DNA from: Octopus vulgaris
Taxonomy: Eukaryota
Direction: 5' to 3'
Length of the DNA: 64,000 bases
NCBI GenBank assembly: GCA_951406725.2
Contig: OX597814.1
Span: 45,508,001 to 45,572,000 of the forward strand
The notes under the pieces were generated by a model. The model made no database searches, had not been told where the DNA came from, and worked only from the letters and a program-made list of their open reading frames with translations. Positions 62,200 to 64,000 of the stretch are shown here, piece after piece; within the stretch, counting starts at the first letter, position 1, and each line of letters starts with the position of its first letter. The position numbers and the translations under genes are program-made.

Positions 62200-64000
62200 C
62201 AGTCAAGACAGCCTCCATTTCCATCCTGTTCTGAACTCAATACCTGACAGACTTTATGGTAGCAGGGGTCTAGGTATTGCAACATCTCCCCAGCATGGGT
62301 CATTTTGAATTCTTCTCTCAGGTTATTGAGGAGCTTCAACTTGTTCAGGGCAGTGATGCTCAGGCACTGAGGAACTCCTAGCCATTTCTGCAGAAACCCA
62401 CTAACTCTCCTCACTGCAGATATTGGGACCTAATGTACAAAGAGTTGCCAAAGAATCCATGGATGGATGCCATGTTGGAAAATCTAGATCATAAACTTAC
62501 CAGGAAGATCTAATGCATCTGTTATCCTCACTGTTTGAAAGACACGGCAGGAATGATCTCATTTGAGATTACAGCCATCTTTGTCTGGGTTTTTCCTGTT
62601 GTGTCCACTGATCTGATTGGTTGACATGTGGCACGATTTGTCTCTACTTATTTCGCGCCACTGTCCAAAGCCAACCAATCACGGCCTTTGGTTAAGGTCT
62701 CGTGACACCCTTTTTCCTAGGCTCTGTTGAGCCATCTTTCTTGTATATAAGGGATTGTTCTCAGTATACTTGGTCTTTCGGCTCCAGACCTTTTGAGGTC
62801 TAGTCACTGACCACAGAGCTACTCAACATGTTCCAGTTCCAGCAACAGACGACCAGCCATGTTCCTGCTTCAGCTACAATGACGCTAATGTACACCTGCA
62901 GCAGAACGTCTTCTATCTCCGCCGCCGTCGTCACCATCATTGTACCAACTTCAAGTCGTCTCTACCACTGTCGCCATTACCATCATCCACTTCAGATATG
63001 TACACACCAACTTCACAGACCCACGCTGTTAGAGTGAATCCTTTCACCAAGTAAAACAGTCAATCTGAAGAATTCTATATTAAGAGAACCAGCTCGGCGA
63101 TTGAGACCACAACCGTGGCATGACAATATTCGCCCAACCGGTCTCCGCCCGAAACACAACATCTTGTTAGAGAACTCTTGCATATCATGTACCTTATGAA
63201 CTGTAATCCAAATTCCATCATTAACTCTATGCTCTGTATTTCTGTGTCATACGCATTCACCTTATCTGTATCTATCACACACACGAACACACAGACACAA
63301 ACACTTGTTGCATGCGCACATACACAACACTTGCTAGCACAAATAAAATCTTATCTTCCCTCAAACAGTGGAACGGCTTGTCATCACTCATTTATATTCT
63401 GTTGGCACTGTATTGTATAAATTGTATTTATGGCTTATCTTATTTTGTTAGGGATGTGACTGTGTGACTTACCTATGTCACCAACTTCCTCACATACGGT
63501 CGTATTCCTACACATCCATTGTGGATAGCTAAAAGGCTTCCAATACCTTGTTGGTTTCACACATAGATGATGTGTCTTTAACGTTGCTGTTAAACACTTT
63601 TTCTAGGTTCTTCACTTGTTTTTGGGGTGATATTATCTGAATGCTATTGTCTGTGAAGCTGAACATTCTTCTAACTCTGCCTTTCTTCAGCACAAGATTT
63701 TTCGACTTGACTGGCTTGAAACTCATGCGTGTCCAGGTCAACCCTTCAAAGCTCTTCAGGATCCTCCTGCACCTTTTGATTGATGTCATAGTTAGGTCAG
63801 TCATAAAGGCTCAAACAGAAGGCTGTTGAACACCAGACATGGTGAATGACCCTCAACTCTGTACATCTGCTGACTTTATCAACATGTTCATTGCAAGCAC
63901 CAAAAGGGTCGCTGAAATGGTACATTGAGTGATAATACCTTTCTCCAAGTTGTGCCACTGTTGTAGAAGTAGCAATGACTATCAGACTGAAGCTGTTGTA
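62200..64000 (-). mobile_element. Decayed HERO/NeSL-type non-LTR retrotransposon (interrupted by a solo LTR)
   Basis: WTRMSFKPVKSKNLVLKKGRV, LPGKF..IFQHGI.PWILW and FLQKWLGVPQCLSITAL motifs, with stops and frameshifts. Confidence 0.7.
62520..63512 (+). mobile_element. Solo LTR (993 bp, probably Ty3/Gypsy-type)
   Basis: TGT...ACA termini, 4-bp TSD CATC (62516-62519, 63513-63516), TATATAA at 62744, AATAAA at 63342; removing it restores the host LINE frame MDALDLPGK. Confidence 0.85.

Overview
AT-rich, repeat-dense eukaryotic genomic DNA. The SINE, RTE and Helitron repertoire resembles octopus or another coleoid cephalopod; this is an inference, not proven. Three spliced protein-coding genes were reconstructed by hand with consistent GT-AG phases. 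(1) The 3' part of beta-ureidopropionase UPB1 (+, 12 exons, 1389-18247, Glu-Lys-Cys nitrilase triad). (2) A 529-aa XNDC1-like gene (+, 9 exons, 25818-42592) with an XRCC1-N-terminal-like domain, a DEK_C-like segment and a C-terminal UBZ4-type C2HC finger. (3) An unrecognised 286-aa lysine-rich gene (-, 6 exons, 60326-47297), convergent with gene 2. The rest is tRNA-headed SINEs (several with clean TSDs), RTE LINE fragments carrying a PHD-like finger and a ~60-bp tandem-repeat 3' UTR, CR1 tails, a Helitron, piggyBac-type MITEs, a mariner remnant, a solo LTR inside a HERO-like LINE, and microsatellites. The most notable signals are a near-complete type I hammerhead ribozyme fold (36057-36107, sense strand of an XNDC1-like intron) at the end of a microsatellite-bodied Penelope-like element, a 2.3-kb inverted duplication, an exact 26-nt antisense copy of an exon inside its own gene, and a 46-bp 28S rRNA fragment in an intron. 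Most ORFs in the supplied track are artefacts of repeats.
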